A stretch of 64,000 nt of DNA from Ylistrum balloti (Eukaryota): assembly GCF_031769215.1 (NCBI RefSeq), contig NW_026781917.1, positions 2,170,001 to 2,234,000 on the forward strand, read 5' to 3'. Numbering within the stretch: the first letter of the stretch is position 1; the number at the start of each line of letters is the position of its first letter. Under the pieces are notes generated by a model. That model did no database searches. It was not told the origin of the DNA and saw only the letters and a program-made list of their open reading frames with translations. Made by a program: the position numbers and the translations under genes. Positions 62,281 through 64,000 of this stretch are shown piece after piece.

Positions 62281-63746
62281 GGCTGTAGCATATTTCAACT
62301 CCCCATCACATTACGTCACTGAGTTTCGCAGTACTAGATGATAACGTATTCGGAGATACCGTGCTTGACATAGGAGCAATGAAGGGAAAACTCGGTACTG
62401 GCTGTGACTATGGAGATTGGGATTAGCTTCCTGCTAACACGTCGTAGACAGGGGCCACTCAAGGGGTTTTCTTTTTCTTTTTTATTCAAAAGAGCTCAAG
62501 TGAATTTTCACAACTTAAGTCACAAGTGAAATGTAAAATAAAGATACACCAGATATTGAAATTATTCTATGATTTTTCAAATCTATTTTAACGAAGACAG
62601 TTATTCTTTTCAGTTTGGAAAAATATTGATGTATACATCGCAGTAGAACAAGATTAATAAACGGAAATACTAATCCGATAAGCTTAATCTTCTCGTACTG
62701 TTATATCTCTTCCTTAATTACCATGACCAGGTATACGAAATAGGTACATTTGTGAATACGCCCAGATCTGTACAGTCAAATATTTAGTAAGATTTAATGA
62801 GTATCATATATCTTACAAAAAGTACTAAGAATAATTGAAAGAATTACATCAATAAATGAATAAAAGTTGTGAAGAATTGGTATTTCATCAGAGCATTTAT
62901 TTATTTTTTGTATTTCGAAATAAAACTTATAATTCCATATCTGTTGCTAAAATTAATCTTCTTTGGAACATCTTTTGGTATCTAAATATCACACATATGA
63001 TACGAATTTTTCAATAATAATGAAATCAATGCAAGAGATATTTAATGCATCCGAAGTTAACAGTGCGGTGATTATCTCCCTTTTCTCAATTGCGCATATA
63101 ATCGAGAACTGATTGAACAACTAGAATATTTCATCTAACAGTCAATTTTCGGCGTATTGTCCTGAATTTTCCCTTAGATTTAATTGGATTACCTCATGAA
63201 ATATATGAAAATAAAAATACTCTCTTGAAATACATTTCTAGTGTTAATCATTAAATCATCATTTCTCATTATCTAGCTGCTGTGTCATTGTTTGGGCAGA
63301 TGATATATCTTTGACCATACACAGTTGCATAATCAATAGAGTTTTAAAAAAATATCTGATATAGATCAAATAGGCTTACAAATATTGCTAAATAATATGA
63401 CATAACTCAAGCAGAATACAACAAAATCAAATGAGTTAATAGTGCTAACACTTTATATAATTCCAAAGGGGTATTGAATTGATAATTCACAGCGCAGATA
63501 TATTGATTCTGTATTGTTAGAGTTTGACCACTCCGATAGGTTAAAATGGTAGAAATCAAACCCGTTGTAAATTACCACCACGCTGGGATTTAGGTATTAG
63601 TGACCTGTAATCCCGTATTACTATGGGACCCCTAATCCAACACTGCGTGTTACTTACCCCAGCAATACACAAAGAACGGTGGTATGGCGGTCTCCGGTAA
63701 CTGTTGAAATGTCCGGATTCTGAACCTACCAAGATGGGGTAAGCCA

Positions 63747-63860
63747 GCGCCACCATCTTCAGATGTGGCAGATGGACGTTTTCAAATTCTAAAGAATTGA
63801 CTTTTTTTGAAAGTGCCGTCTACTCTGATCAAAAGATGACGTCTTTACATTAAGATGGCG
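63747..63860. promoter_or_regulatory. Candidate bidirectional promoter with two outward-facing YY1-like motifs
   Basis: AAGATGGTGGCGC on the minus strand (63747-63759) and AAGATGGCG on the plus strand (63852-63860) lie between divergent first exons. Confidence 0.45.
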
Positions 63861-63904
63861 TCCTGTTACCCTTGTGTTTAGGACGCAAATCAATGACAAA
63901 AAAC

Positions 63905-63965
63905 ATGGATACATCAGCGGGCCTGGTAATTTTCTGCGTTCTTCTAAGCATCATTTCCGGCATAG
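63905..63965 (+). CDS. First coding exon (signal peptide) of a secreted or membrane protein gene continuing beyond the window
   Basis: AAACATGG start, MDTSAGLVIFCVLLSIISGI plus one nucleotide, then donor GTGGGT (phase 1, like the signal-peptide exons of the two neighbouring genes). Confidence 0.65.
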
Positions 63966-64000
63966 GTGGGTAACTGTTTCTTATTAAAAAATTCTTGATT

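Overview
AT-rich eukaryotic genomic DNA with spliceosomal GT-AG introns. The repeat content suggests a bivalve mollusc, probably oyster-like (inference). Layout: (1) an ~8.7 kb 40-bp satellite with higher-order structure (439-9187). (2) A + strand tandem cluster of four paralogues (11.6-29.3 kb) of an unrecognised coiled-coil protein carrying a RHIM-like motif (YVEISECKTVQIGTG). Only the copy at 19563-21014 is intact; the other three are decayed, and in each the RHIM-like core is altered or deleted. (3) A full-length, inactivated Ty3/Gypsy LTR retrotransposon (22041-27283, minus strand; AATGT TSD, tRNA-Leu PBS) inserted in the cluster, with a probable solo LTR nested in its gag. (4) A 5-exon single-CUB type I membrane protein gene with a canonical ITIM (36878-51626, +). 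(5) An 8-exon, 504-aa type I membrane protein gene (62280-55377, -). (6) The signal-peptide exon of a further gene at the right edge, apparently sharing a bidirectional promoter with (5). Minisatellites, SINEs, MITEs, a LINE fragment and a 157-N gap are also present. Most long ORFs inside repeats in the supplied track are artefacts. Gene models were spliced by hand from GT-AG sites and phase continuity; no database search was possible.
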